From Phycisphaerales bacterium (GTDB taxonomy: Bacteria; Planctomycetota; Phycisphaerae; Sedimentisphaerales; UBA12454): 64,000 nt of DNA. A program made the translations under genes and the position numbers. Each line of letters begins with the position of its first letter. Position 1 is the first letter of the stretch. Below are positions 9,120 to 18,066 of this stretch, one piece after another. Below the pieces are notes generated by a model. That model saw nothing but the letters and a program-made list of their open reading frames with translations. It searched no databases and was not told where the DNA came from. Location: assembly GCA_003142595.1 (NCBI GenBank), contig PLMU01000007.1, positions 246,925 through 310,924 of the forward strand. The letters are read 5' to 3'.

Positions 9120-11096
9120 TTAAGCATCACTTGCGTGACTGATATAACGTCTTTTCCTTACGCTTCTGCGGGCGCCGAGAATAATCGCGATGGCGAGAAT
9201 TACCGCAGGCGCCGCCAGCATATTGAAGCTTCGCAGCGTATTGCCGAGGCTTTCGATTCGCTGTCGCCGCTGCATCTTCACCTGGCGGAGATGTTTCCTT
9301 GCCTCAACAATTTTTAGCTCCAGTTCCTTTTTCTTCTGTATGATTGAAGAGCCGATAATCGCATCCTGCCCTTCTTTGGCAGAGGAGACTATCGTCTGCA
9401 GTTCATTTTCAAAACCGGCTATTTCAGCGTTGATTTTCGCTTCCTCCTCGGCGGTTTGAGCCTCGGCCTGGGCCTCTATTTTATCGACAACCACAAAAGG
9501 CCGCTTGAAGTTTCCGCGAGACCTGATGGAAATCAGCTCGCCTGAACCGCACAAATCATCGACCGTATTAATCAGCAAATTGCTGCTGTCGCCGATAACC
9601 ATTGTGCCGAAGAACGTATTACTGTAAGCGACCATATCGCTGATAAAATCGACATCTGCAAAGACTGCAACCGCGCAATTTTCCTTTGCCTGGGCCAGGC
9701 CATCAATATGCTTTTTGATTTTTTTAGGTTCATTAGCGTCTTTAGCGTCCTTTGGCGCCTCGACTTCGATATCGATGCCCTGCGGAAATGCGCTTTTAAA
9801 TTTTCCAGTAACCAGATAACCCATTACGACCGGCTTGGTGCCGTCGGTAAACTTTGCCATCTGGCTTGCTACATCCGGCGTCAAAACTTCTTCCAGGTTG
9901 CTGACCGACCAGCTGTTGCCGCCAGACGTGGTCGTAACCAGGGGTATTCTTTCGATGTTAGTTTGCTTTTGGTCCTCATCGGAAATTTGTAATAGCTCCA
10001 GAACGCCGCTGTAAAGAAATCTAACCTGATTAAGCTCCGCTGTGATTGGCGAATTTTTATTGAAGCAATCGCGGGTTGTTTCAAGATAACCTATAATCTT
10101 CTGCGGCCGTTCTCCGGCTTTGAGAACTCCTTCCAATGCCAGCGACCTGTCGCCGGCGAAGGTGTTCCTCGGCATTTCCAGTCCCCAGTTGACCGTTAGT
10201 TTATTAAACTCCGAAGTAGGGTCGTGCTCGGTCTTCATCGTCATCGGCGACTGCTTCGGCTGGTCTGCCACGCAGAACGGGTCTTCAAAGACTATCGTTC
10301 TGCCGCCGTTGATTACAAACTGGTCGATTGCGAAAAGCGTCTGCTGCGAAAATCCTTTCGGATGAATAACCAGCAGGATATCGACATCTTCTATTTTATT
10401 AACATTTTTCGGAACGCTTTTTACCTCATACTGCTGGCCGAGCTGCTGCACGATAGTCCAAGCTTTGCCGGGCTGCTGGCCCTGCAGCTGCATCATCCTC
10501 GCCATATATGGCGTAACCTGGTCGCCCATTATATTCATCGAGCTTAATATGCCGACGCGCTTTTTCTGCCGCGTTATAGCGGTATCTATCAGATAGCTGA
10601 TATCGTATTCGATAAAATTCTGACGGTCGGGCGAAAAGAACGGAACAGTCTTTTCAACGCCGAACTGCGTCTGGACGACAAGCCCGAAAAAGAAATTTTC
10701 CTCTTCGTTTATAGGATATTTTTTCAGGCCGTGTTTTATCGCCGTCACTTCATCGTCCGAATACGGTCGGGGGTCGATTACCTCCAGTTTTATCATTCCG
10801 TTCGACGCGGCGACATACTCATCGAGTAGCGACTTGACAAAATCATAATAATTATTGAAGTATCGAATCTGGTCCGGCGCTTTCATCGCGGCCGTCCTGG
10901 AAAAATAAAGTCTCATCTTTATAGGCTGATTAAGTTTGCCGATAATTGCCTTTGTGCCGCCGGATAGAGTAAAAACCTTTTGCGCGGTTATATCGGCCTT
11001 GAGGCCTTTGCCGAGGTTCTGGCAGATACTGATTAAACTGAACATAATCACCAGGATAAACACTACTGCGACAATAGCTCGTATTGTTCGATTCAT
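9120..11096 (-). CDS. GldG-like ABC-transporter auxiliary protein
   Basis: 658 aa with an N-terminal TM, a large periplasmic region, a C-terminal coiled coil and a TM anchor. It sits in the canonical ATPase, ABC-2 permease, GldG order. Confidence 0.8.
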   Translation of the reverse strand: MNRTIRAIVAVVFILVIMFSLISICQNLGKGLKADITAQKVFTLSGGTKAIIGKLNQPIKMRLYFSRTAAMKAPDQIRYFNNYYDFVKSLLDEYVAASNGMIKLEVIDPRPYSDDEVTAIKHGLKKYPINEEENFFFGLVVQTQFGVEKTVPFFSPDRQNFIEYDISYLIDTAITRQKKRVGILSSMNIMGDQVTPYMARMMQLQGQQPGKAWTIVQQLGQQYEVKSVPKNVNKIEDVDILLVIHPKGFSQQTLFAIDQFVINGGRTIVFEDPFCVADQPKQSPMTMKTEHDPTSEFNKLTVNWGLEMPRNTFAGDRSLALEGVLKAGERPQKIIGYLETTRDCFNKNSPITAELNQVRFLYSGVLELLQISDEDQKQTNIERIPLVTTTSGGNSWSVSNLEEVLTPDVASQMAKFTDGTKPVVMGYLVTGKFKSAFPQGIDIEVEAPKDAKDANEPKKIKKHIDGLAQAKENCAVAVFADVDFISDMVAYSNTFFGTMVIGDSSNLLINTVDDLCGSGELISIRSRGNFKRPFVVVDKIEAQAEAQTAEEEAKINAEIAGFENELQTIVSSAKEGQDAIIGSSIIQKKKELELKIVEARKHLRQVKMQRRQRIESLGNTLRSFNMLAAPAVILAIAIILGARRSVRKRRYISHASDA

Positions 11097-11827
11097 CAGC
11101 CGGCCCTCCTTTCATCCAGCACAGCGCCGCAGGCCGCTATCCAGCCGGCGATAAGAATGATAAAATATGATATATCCTTGAATTCGAGCACGCCCCTGAG
11201 AATGGATTCGAAATGTTCCTGAAAACTCATCAGCCCAACAGTATTGACTGCCCCCGCCGGCAGAAATGTCGAAAGATAATTCATCGTCGTCGGCATTCCC
11301 GCAAAGACAAGCACGCTGCAGGCCACAACCGACAGCACAAAACTGATTACCTGATTATTGCTGACAGCCGAGAAAAAGCATCCGACCGCAAGAAAGCCTC
11401 CTGCCATAAGAATTGTCGCAAGATATTCTGCCGCCATAAGTCCCAAATCCGGCTTGCCGAGATAACAAACCGTCAGTGCCATCGGAAAGGTCAGCGATAT
11501 CGCGACAATAAGGAACAGCCATGCGGCAAGAAATTTTCCCAGCACCGCCTGCATAACCGTAATCGGCAGCGTGAACAGCAATTCGATTGAGCCGGTCTTT
11601 TTCTCTTCAGCCCAGAGTCTCATCGCCGCAGCAGGAACAAGAAAAACGAACAGCAGCGGCATATTCACAAAGAATATCATCATATCCGCCTGGCGGGATT
11701 CGAAGAATCCGTCTTTAAAGGCCAGATAGCCTGAAAAGAACAGATACACCACCAGGAACACATACGCAAGCGGAGTCGTAAAATACGATTTGAACTCCCT
11801 TTTGAATACTGCTAAAAAACCCTGCAT
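11096..11827 (-). CDS. ABC-2 type transporter permease (GldF-like)
   Basis: 243 aa with 6 TM segments. Its stop overlaps the gldG-like start. Confidence 0.8.
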   Translation of the reverse strand: MQGFLAVFKREFKSYFTTPLAYVFLVVYLFFSGYLAFKDGFFESRQADMMIFFVNMPLLFVFLVPAAAMRLWAEEKKTGSIELLFTLPITVMQAVLGKFLAAWLFLIVAISLTFPMALTVCYLGKPDLGLMAAEYLATILMAGGFLAVGCFFSAVSNNQVISFVLSVVACSVLVFAGMPTTMNYLSTFLPAGAVNTVGLMSFQEHFESILRGVLEFKDISYFIILIAGWIAACGAVLDERRAG

Positions 11828-11842
11828 CTTAATTTTCCTTTT

Positions 11843-12589
11843 TTATGCAACTTTATGTGCTGTTATTTTTCTAAACACTTCATCCAATGTGCAGTTATAT
11901 TCTGCTTTTAATTTCTCCGGCGTGGAATCCGCCAGGATTTTCCCTTTAGAAATTATTATCGCCCTGTTGCAAACGCCTTCAACTTCTTCGAGGATATGCG
12001 TTGAAATGACTATGCATTTTTCCTTCGCCATATTTTCGATAAGCAGCCTGACCTCGTGTTTTTGATTCGGGTCAAGTCCGTCTGTCGGCTCATCGAGAAT
12101 CAGCACCGGCGGCTCGTGTATGAGAGCCTGCGCAAGGCCGACTCTTCTTTTGTATCCTTTCGAGAGCGTCTCGATTGTCTGATGATAAACGGATTCGATA
12201 TGACACATCGCCACCGTTTTATCGAGCGCGTCTTTGCGTCTTTTGCCTTCGAGTCCCCTTGCATCGCAGACAAAATTCAAAAACGCCCCTGCCGTCATAT
12301 CGCTGTAAGACGGAACATTTTCCGCCAGGTATCCGATATTTTGGCGAACCTGGATTGGATTTTTTATAATATCGTAGCCGCAGATTGAAGCTGTTCCGCC
12401 GTCAGGCCGTAAAAAGCAGGCAAGCATCCGCATTACGGTGCTTTTCCCTGCTCCGTTTGGCCCCAGAAATCCGAGCACCTGACCTTTTTCCACCTCGAAC
12501 GACACGCCGTCAACGGCGACTATCGGTCCGAAACTTTTACGCAATTCTTTTATCTTTATCATCTGTCTGTCCCCATAAATTTTCAACAC
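11843..12589 (-). CDS. ABC transporter ATP-binding protein (GldA-like)
   Basis: Walker A GPNGAGKST, signature LSKGYKRR and Walker B LILDEPT. The more likely start is the ATG at 12562 (MIKIKELRKSF). Confidence 0.9.
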   Translation of the reverse strand: MLKIYGDRQMIKIKELRKSFGPIVAVDGVSFEVEKGQVLGFLGPNGAGKSTVMRMLACFLRPDGGTASICGYDIIKNPIQVRQNIGYLAENVPSYSDMTAGAFLNFVCDARGLEGKRRKDALDKTVAMCHIESVYHQTIETLSKGYKRRVGLAQALIHEPPVLILDEPTDGLDPNQKHEVRLLIENMAKEKCIVISTHILEEVEGVCNRAIIISKGKILADSTPEKLKAEYNCTLDEVFRKITAHKVA

Positions 12590-12618
12590 CGCAGAAAATT
12601 ATATCTGAAATTCTCTTA

Positions 12619-13233
12619 TTAGAACATCTTAAAAATAGTCGGCAGTAGTCCTGCATGCTCAAGTCCATCCTGAATTTCAAGGAAGCCCAGCAGCAATACG
12701 AACCACAACACCTCAAACAGCGTCTTCCTGAAAATCTTCGGCTTTACGGTATATTCTTCCGGCTCTCTTAATAATTTAAACGATGGAAAGAACACGGGCG
12801 TTTTTTTGCAATAATCGCTGAACGCTTCTCCGTGAATCTTAGCCAATTTTTTCTGCTCTGCCTTAATCACCATTGGATAATAAAACGCGAAAGCAAGAAA
12901 GACACAGGCCGGTATCGTTAGCGTTTCTGTCGCAAGGCCAACTCCTACCGCCCCTAAAAAGCTGAAAAAATACAAAGGATTTCGGGACATCGAATATGGT
13001 CCTTCCGTTATAAGCGTTCCGCTTTTATATCCCGAAATATACATCGAGCACCACAACCGGCCTACCACTGCGAATCCTATTAAAACAGTTCCTGCCAGAA
13101 ATAACACCGGCCCTACCAAACTATCTTCCCATCGGCTCTGGGATATCAATATTAATACAACAATACTGATAACAAATAGCCGGCTTATTAGTATTCTTTG
13201 CTTCCTTACAAAACTTCTTTTTGCCACTATCAA
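12619..13233 (-). CDS. isoprenylcysteine carboxyl / phospholipid methyltransferase-family membrane protein
   Basis: 204 aa, polytopic. GPYSMSRNPLYFFSFLG matches the ICMT/PEMT family block. Confidence 0.7.
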   Translation of the reverse strand: MIVAKRSFVRKQRILISRLFVISIVVLILISQSRWEDSLVGPVLFLAGTVLIGFAVVGRLWCSMYISGYKSGTLITEGPYSMSRNPLYFFSFLGAVGVGLATETLTIPACVFLAFAFYYPMVIKAEQKKLAKIHGEAFSDYCKKTPVFFPSFKLLREPEEYTVKPKIFRKTLFEVLWFVLLLGFLEIQDGLEHAGLLPTIFKMF

Positions 13234-13403
13234 TGCTCCTAAAAATAATTAGTACAGAATCATACCTTTGTTTGTTCTTTATGACAATCTTAATTTTCCC
13301 TGCCTAAAACCAGCCCATAATTCCTTATTTTATTAAAATTTTTAAACATAAGTCTTTTATTTGCAATGACTTAAAAAAATCTTAAAAATATCCCCAAAAA
13401 CCC

Positions 13404-13432
13404 TTTACAAAAACTAGGCTTTCTACTATAAT
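13404..13432 (+). promoter_or_regulatory. sigma-70-like promoter, TTTACA-N17-TATAAT
   Basis: The -35 TTTACA is at 13404-13409, followed by an exact 17-nt spacer and a consensus -10 TATAAT at 13427-13432. No protein gene lies downstream on this strand. Confidence 0.5.
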
Positions 13433-13438
13433 AGGTAA

Positions 13439-13574
13439 TGTGTTAATGCTCTTTTTTTCTTATATAAGGTTTTGGTTTCGTTGAAGCGAAATGTTTATTT
13501 TATAACCCAAGTTATATATTTAAAATTCGCATGGGTTTTGCTTCAACAAGGCTCAGGTTTCCTGAGCCTTTTTT
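13439..13574 (+). ncRNA. candidate orphan small RNA (about 135 nt)
   Basis: It lies between the promoter above and a rho-independent terminator: ggctcagg(13550-57)-ttt-cctgagcc(13561-68) followed by TTTTTT. Internal pairings include gttgaagc/gcttcaac, gcgaa/ttcgc and ataac-ccaa-gttat. The only ORF here (13472, TTG start) looks spurious. Confidence 0.45.
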
Positions 13575-14850
13575 ATTGCGCTTTTATCACGGGGCCGCGT
13601 TGCACAAAAGCCGACAAACCCAAATCGTTCTGGTCGGGAGCCCATCTTAAATCTTTAAGGTCTTCGGTTTTTATAAATTCGACAGTTCCATCGTTAAACA
13701 GGATATTGCAGCCCTCTTCTTTGTGATTATTGGTGGACATAATTTCCGCCCCGCCGCACTGGTTCCAGCCGCCTCTTGTCTCAAAAAGCAAAACCATATC
13801 TTCAGGAGCGCTGCTGCCGAGACTTTCAATATTTATATTAATAGCATAACTTGAACGCCATTGGCTGTCGTCGCCTGCGCACTTAAATTTCTTTGAATCA
13901 ACATTTTCTTTTTCTGTAAGCAAATCGCACCACTGCGAAGAGGTTGGATATAATCCTTTGTTATCATTGGCATATGCAATCATTGCAACGCCGAGGCTCT
14001 TCATATTATTTTCGCACATAACCCGGCTGGCCATATCTCTTGCTTTCACCAGCGCGGGCATAAGTATTGCCAGCATAATAATCGGCAGTATAATCATACC
14101 AACTGATGAAACAGCAATTCCTGCCGCCGCAACTCCGTCGCCTTTTAGCTGCCCGCCGCTTCTCTTTATCGAATTTATTCCTACGATGCCGAGAATCAGA
14201 CCCGCCAGTGAGGTAAGACCTGCGGTAAAGAATCCCAAAATACCCAGCACCAGGCTGCTTATAGCAAAGCCGGATGTCTTTACGTTTTCATTTATCAAAC
14301 CGGCTGCAAACTTCTGCGGCTCAACTCCCGCGTCAACCAATGCGTTGACCGCGTCGCATCCTTTGGCAAAAAATATAGTCACGAGTATTAAATTGGCCAG
14401 CCCGAATATTATTCCTAAATACGGAATACCGCCAAGAATCATAAATATCGCAATAATCAGACCCAGACCTTCCGGCACAATGGGCGCATTAATCTGGCGA
14501 TCTCTGACCATTTTATTGTAATCCTGAGTCCAGCCCCAATACGCCTGGAAGAACCAGTAAAAATTAAAGAACGGTATAAACAAAAACCCTACGGCTTTGC
14601 CCGGCGTAGTTCTTGCCCCGATTCCCTCGATAGCCGCCCACATCTTATAGAGCAGTACCATTCCGACAACAGTAGCGAAAATCATCGGGAAAAATGAAAA
14701 TATATATAGTATTAATCCCGCCGTCGCCAGGGGCGGTGCGATTTTCTGGGCTAATAATATTGAAGCAATGCCGATTGGAAATGTAATCCAGAAGATTATA
14801 TTGCCCGCAAGCCAGCCGGTCACATAAAAACTTTTTTTAACTTTTTTCAT
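13573..14850 (-). CDS. polytopic membrane protein with a C-terminal pseudopilin-like (DUF1559 / H-X9-DG type) domain
   Basis: 425 aa. The N-terminal half has multiple TM helices. Next comes a glycine-zipper TM pair (GILGFFTAGLTSLAGLILGIVG). The tail then reads ALVKARDMASRVMCENNMKSLGVAM...NNHKEEGCNILFNDGTVEF, which resembles planctomycete type-II pseudopilin-like proteins but lacks an N-terminal prepilin signal. Confidence 0.65.
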   Translation of the reverse strand: MKKVKKSFYVTGWLAGNIIFWITFPIGIASILLAQKIAPPLATAGLILYIFSFFPMIFATVVGMVLLYKMWAAIEGIGARTTPGKAVGFLFIPFFNFYWFFQAYWGWTQDYNKMVRDRQINAPIVPEGLGLIIAIFMILGGIPYLGIIFGLANLILVTIFFAKGCDAVNALVDAGVEPQKFAAGLINENVKTSGFAISSLVLGILGFFTAGLTSLAGLILGIVGINSIKRSGGQLKGDGVAAAGIAVSSVGMIILPIIMLAILMPALVKARDMASRVMCENNMKSLGVAMIAYANDNKGLYPTSSQWCDLLTEKENVDSKKFKCAGDDSQWRSSYAININIESLGSSAPEDMVLLFETRGGWNQCGGAEIMSTNNHKEEGCNILFNDGTVEFIKTEDLKDLRWAPDQNDLGLSAFVQRGPVIKAQ

Positions 14851-15971
14851 TTTTCGTCTTCTTTCTTTTCTTCTTCGAATTTACCCGCCGGTCCCCCTGC
14901 CGTAAACAGCACAGTAAACCGCGTCACCAATGCGCCGAGCAATACATATCCGAGAATTACCTGAACCATTACCAGCACCTGCCCCTGCCAGAGGCCGGGA
15001 TTTGCTACAATGTCGCCGAGTCCCAGTGTCGTCATCACGACGACGGAAAAATATAAGGCCTGAACAAAGCTTTTAATATTGCCGACTACGCCGCCGACCT
15101 CGAGATAAACCGGCACCATCCAGTAAATAAGCGCAAATAACGCTGCCATGCCCAGGAAACAAATCATAATTTTTCCTGTTGACCTGCCGTAATCGCTTGT
15201 CCACCAAAAAAATCGGGCAGGCCATTTCAAAAGCCAGTGTTCTTTATACCATTCTCCCCAATTCCACCGCCTGACATTATATTCCAGCAGTTGTTTTGTT
15301 GCTGGGTCTATTCTGGCGTTATTAAGACCGACGCCGTTGAAATCCGTGCCATTCTCTCTGCCCTCGCGATGACGATTTACTCTGCACTGCCACAGCACCG
15401 TAGCGCCGTCAATGATAGCTCTGCGGAAATTCGCTTTCTGCAGATATGCATAGCTGAAATCCGCACCTTCCAGATGAGTTTGAAGAAAATTTGCGCTTTT
15501 AAGATTTGCTTCTCTAAGCACTGCGTTTTCCAGATGCGACATTTCAAGGTTGGCGTGTTCCATATCCGCGTAACCAAGATATGCGCCTTTCAAATCGGCA
15601 AAACGCATATTGGCTTCTTTAAGATTGACTACAAAAAGAACCGCCCCTTCCAGATGTGCCCTGCCGAGATATGCGCATTCAAGATTTGCGTGGCTCAGGT
15701 TGGCGTTTTCGAGGAAAATTTCACTTTTAAACTCGCAGCTCCTGCCGTCTTTGTCTTCGAATAAGCCGCTGTTCAGATAAATATCTTTGAGATGCCAGCC
15801 CAGAAAATTTCCCCCTTCGAGCATAATATCCTCGTCGGGATTTTCCAGCCGCCATTTGTTCCATTCTTTCGAATCTTTGGCGTCCGAGCATCGCCTGAGC
15901 ATTTCATACTGTTTTTCGTCAAACCGCAAAGTTTTCTTCGCGCTGCTTTGCCGGCCTTTATCCTCTTTCAT
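14847..15971 (-). CDS. pentapeptide-repeat protein fused to a 2-TM potassium-channel pore
   Basis: 374 aa. It has a long run of A(D/N)LxG-type pentapeptides (ANLSHANLECAYLGRAHLEGAVL...), followed by TM1, a pore helix plus filter (MTTLGLGDIV) and TM2. It overlaps the downstream gene by 4 nt. Confidence 0.8.
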   Translation of the reverse strand: MKEDKGRQSSAKKTLRFDEKQYEMLRRCSDAKDSKEWNKWRLENPDEDIMLEGGNFLGWHLKDIYLNSGLFEDKDGRSCEFKSEIFLENANLSHANLECAYLGRAHLEGAVLFVVNLKEANMRFADLKGAYLGYADMEHANLEMSHLENAVLREANLKSANFLQTHLEGADFSYAYLQKANFRRAIIDGATVLWQCRVNRHREGRENGTDFNGVGLNNARIDPATKQLLEYNVRRWNWGEWYKEHWLLKWPARFFWWTSDYGRSTGKIMICFLGMAALFALIYWMVPVYLEVGGVVGNIKSFVQALYFSVVVMTTLGLGDIVANPGLWQGQVLVMVQVILGYVLLGALVTRFTVLFTAGGPAGKFEEEKKEDEK

Positions 15972-15977
15972 ATAAAT

Positions 15978-16007
15978 TCCTTAGTCTATAGTTTTATAGA
16001 TTAAGGA
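15978..16007 (-). promoter_or_regulatory. 5'-UTR hairpin containing the SD of the channel gene
   Basis: tccttagtctata (15978-90) and tatagattaagga (15995-16007) form a 13-bp stem with one internal mismatch and a 4-nt loop. On the mRNA the 3' arm ends in AAGGA, 6 nt before the ATG at 15971. Confidence 0.4.
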
Positions 16008-16093
16008 TACCCGAAATTATGAAATCTATCAACGCCAAAAAATGGGACTGAATAATAAAATCTTCCTTTGGGGGAGGATGTTTTTGGAAATGA

Positions 16094-16297
16094 TTAGCTA
16101 CACTTTTTTCTCAGATTTGCGGCCATTGCGGCAAAAAGAATGTGCCTGAGTCGGTCAACGGTAAGATTTTTGAGATATTCTTCGGTAAAATCGAGCTTGA
16201 AATTGCCCTGGAAATTTTTGATTTTGTTCTCAACTTCGCCCCTGTCGAGAGATGATATTGAAACCGCAAGCCATTCAAGGTTCTGATTATTGCTCAT
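16094..16297 (-). CDS. small hypothetical protein
   Basis: A 67-aa ORF standing alone in an intergenic gap. No motif recognised. Confidence 0.35.
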   Translation of the reverse strand: MSNNQNLEWLAVSISSLDRGEVENKIKNFQGNFKLDFTEEYLKNLTVDRLRHILFAAMAANLRKKCS

Positions 16298-16453
16298 TTT
16301 CTCTATCCTTATATACTTTGCCGCTGCCTTTATTATCGGATTTAACTGCTTAAGGTTTTATTAAAAAACATCCACAATTAAAATATTTTTGTCCGCAAAC
16401 AAATCAGCCAAATTCTTTTTGTTATTTTCCTTAAGGTCTGATAATTTATTAAT

Positions 16454-17500
16454 ATGGACACAGAAAAACTAAATTATGACCTCCCATCCGAGCTAATCGC
16501 GCAAACGCCCTCTAGCGCTCGCAGCGGCAGCAGAATGCTTGTTCTTAACCGCTCAGCGGATATTTTGTTCGACAGCACGTTTTCACAAATCTGCGCCTTT
16601 CTCCGAAAAGGCGACTGTCTTGCTATAAACAATACGAAAGTCATCCCCGCCAGGTTCCTTGCAAAAAGGAAAACCGGAGCCGAAATCGAGGGTCTTTTCA
16701 TAACCGAGCAGGAGAACAAATGGAAAGTGATGCTCACTAAAAGTTCACGGATAAAAGTCGGCGAAAGTATAGACCTTCTCGACAGAGACAATAAGCAATA
16801 TTGCTCTGCCGCTATTGATACGAAACTTGCCGATGGCCAATGGCTCATCAGGCCGGCCAGTCCGCTCGCCGCGGAAAAAATTTTAGATAATATCGGTTTT
16901 GCTCCCCTGCCGCCTTACATCAAACGGCCGCAGCCCGCATCCGAACACGAACTTGACGTCAATCGCTATCAGACTGTCTATGCGCAGCAAAGCGGCGCCA
17001 TCGCCGCCCCGACCGCAGGCCTGCATTTTACTCCTGGGCTTCTCGAACAAATCAGGGCAAAGGGAATTTCAATCGCTCAGATTACCCTGCACGTCGGTGT
17101 GGGCACTTTTCTGCCGGTGAAATCCGAAACGCTCGAAGGGCACAAGATTCACAGCGAAGAGTATTCTATCGACGAGGAAAATGCCGCGATAATCAACAAC
17201 GCGATTCAGGCAGGCGGCCGGATTATCGCCGTCGGCACAACGACCGTCAGAACTCTCGAAACCGCTGCCCGTGGCCGGAAAATAATTGCCTCAAAGGGAC
17301 AAACCAGCCTTTTTATAACGCCCGGCTTTAAATTTCAGGTTACCGACGCCCTGATAACGAATTTTCATCTGCCGAAATCGACTTTACTGGCTCTTGTGGC
17401 AGCTTTTGCCGGTTTGGACCAAATCCTAACAGCCTATAAACACGCCGTTGAGCATAAATACCGCTTTTATTCCTATGGCGATTGCATGTTTATCATTTAG
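16454..17500 (+). CDS. queA: S-adenosylmethionine:tRNA ribosyltransferase-isomerase
   Basis: 348 aa. YDLPSELIAQTP, AAPTAGLHFT and TNFHLPKSTLL are QueA hallmarks. Confidence 0.95.
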   Translation: MDTEKLNYDLPSELIAQTPSSARSGSRMLVLNRSADILFDSTFSQICAFLRKGDCLAINNTKVIPARFLAKRKTGAEIEGLFITEQENKWKVMLTKSSRIKVGESIDLLDRDNKQYCSAAIDTKLADGQWLIRPASPLAAEKILDNIGFAPLPPYIKRPQPASEHELDVNRYQTVYAQQSGAIAAPTAGLHFTPGLLEQIRAKGISIAQITLHVGVGTFLPVKSETLEGHKIHSEEYSIDEENAAIINNAIQAGGRIIAVGTTTVRTLETAARGRKIIASKGQTSLFITPGFKFQVTDALITNFHLPKSTLLALVAAFAGLDQILTAYKHAVEHKYRFYSYGDCMFII

Positions 17501-17533
17501 CGGTTAAAAATTTAAATTTTTAAAAATAATGTA

Positions 17534-17562
17534 TTGCCTTTTCATTAGATAATTCATAAAAT
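17534..17562 (+). promoter_or_regulatory. possible promoter, TTGCCT-N17-TAAAAT
   Basis: Hexamers at 17534-39 and 17557-62 with a 17-nt spacer, about 30 nt upstream of ptsN. The context is AT-rich, so a chance match is possible. Confidence 0.3.
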
Positions 17563-17593
17563 TTTATTTTTTATATGAAAAACTGGGATTTTT

Positions 17594-18052
17594 ATGATTC
17601 TGACACAAATTCTTCAACTTGAATGTGTAAAGGTTCCGCTCGCAGGCACAGACAAGGACTCTGTAATAAAGGAGCTTGTCGACCTGCTCGACGCCGCCAA
17701 ACTTCTCCTCGACAAAGACGAAGTGCTCCAGGCGGTTCTAAGCAGGGAAAATACCAGGAGTACCGGCATCGGCTCCGGCATCGCGATTCCGCACGGAAAA
17801 TGCAAAGGCGTCCGGGACCTCGTAATGGCAATAGGCGTTTCGCCCCGGGGAATAGATTTCCAGAGCATTGACGGCAAACCCGTTTATATTTTCGTGTTGT
17901 TGGTCTCTCCGATTGACAAGACCGGCCCGCACATCCAGGCACTTGCCCGCATTAGCAGATTAATGCTGGATGAGGATTTCAAAAATAAACTGCAAAGCGC
18001 CGCTTCCGCCGAGCAGCTTTATAATCTCATTAGCGAAAAAGAAGCTGAATAA
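17594..18052 (+). CDS. ptsN: PTS EIIA(Ntr)-type regulatory protein
   Basis: 152 aa with the PTS EIIA type-2 fold motif GIGSGIAIPHGK (phospho-His). Confidence 0.8.
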   Translation: MILTQILQLECVKVPLAGTDKDSVIKELVDLLDAAKLLLDKDEVLQAVLSRENTRSTGIGSGIAIPHGKCKGVRDLVMAIGVSPRGIDFQSIDGKPVYIFVLLVSPIDKTGPHIQALARISRLMLDEDFKNKLQSAASAEQLYNLISEKEAE

Positions 18053-18066
18053 AAAAGGAGGCTGCT

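Noticed and set aside
13472-13726. An 84-aa plus-strand ORF (TTG start) across the sRNA candidate and into the 13573 gene.
   Set aside because: It starts inside a hairpin, reads through a terminator and runs antisense to a good gene. An sRNA explains the region better.
17505-17524. A perfect 20-bp palindrome, ttaaaaatttaaatttttaa, after queA.
   Set aside because: It is pure A/T low-complexity sequence with no loop. That is too weak to call a terminator or an operator.
17592-17942. Several overlapping Arg/Cys-rich ORFs on both strands across ptsN.
   Set aside because: ptsN has a clear EIIA motif and proper context. The alternatives are low-complexity frame artefacts.
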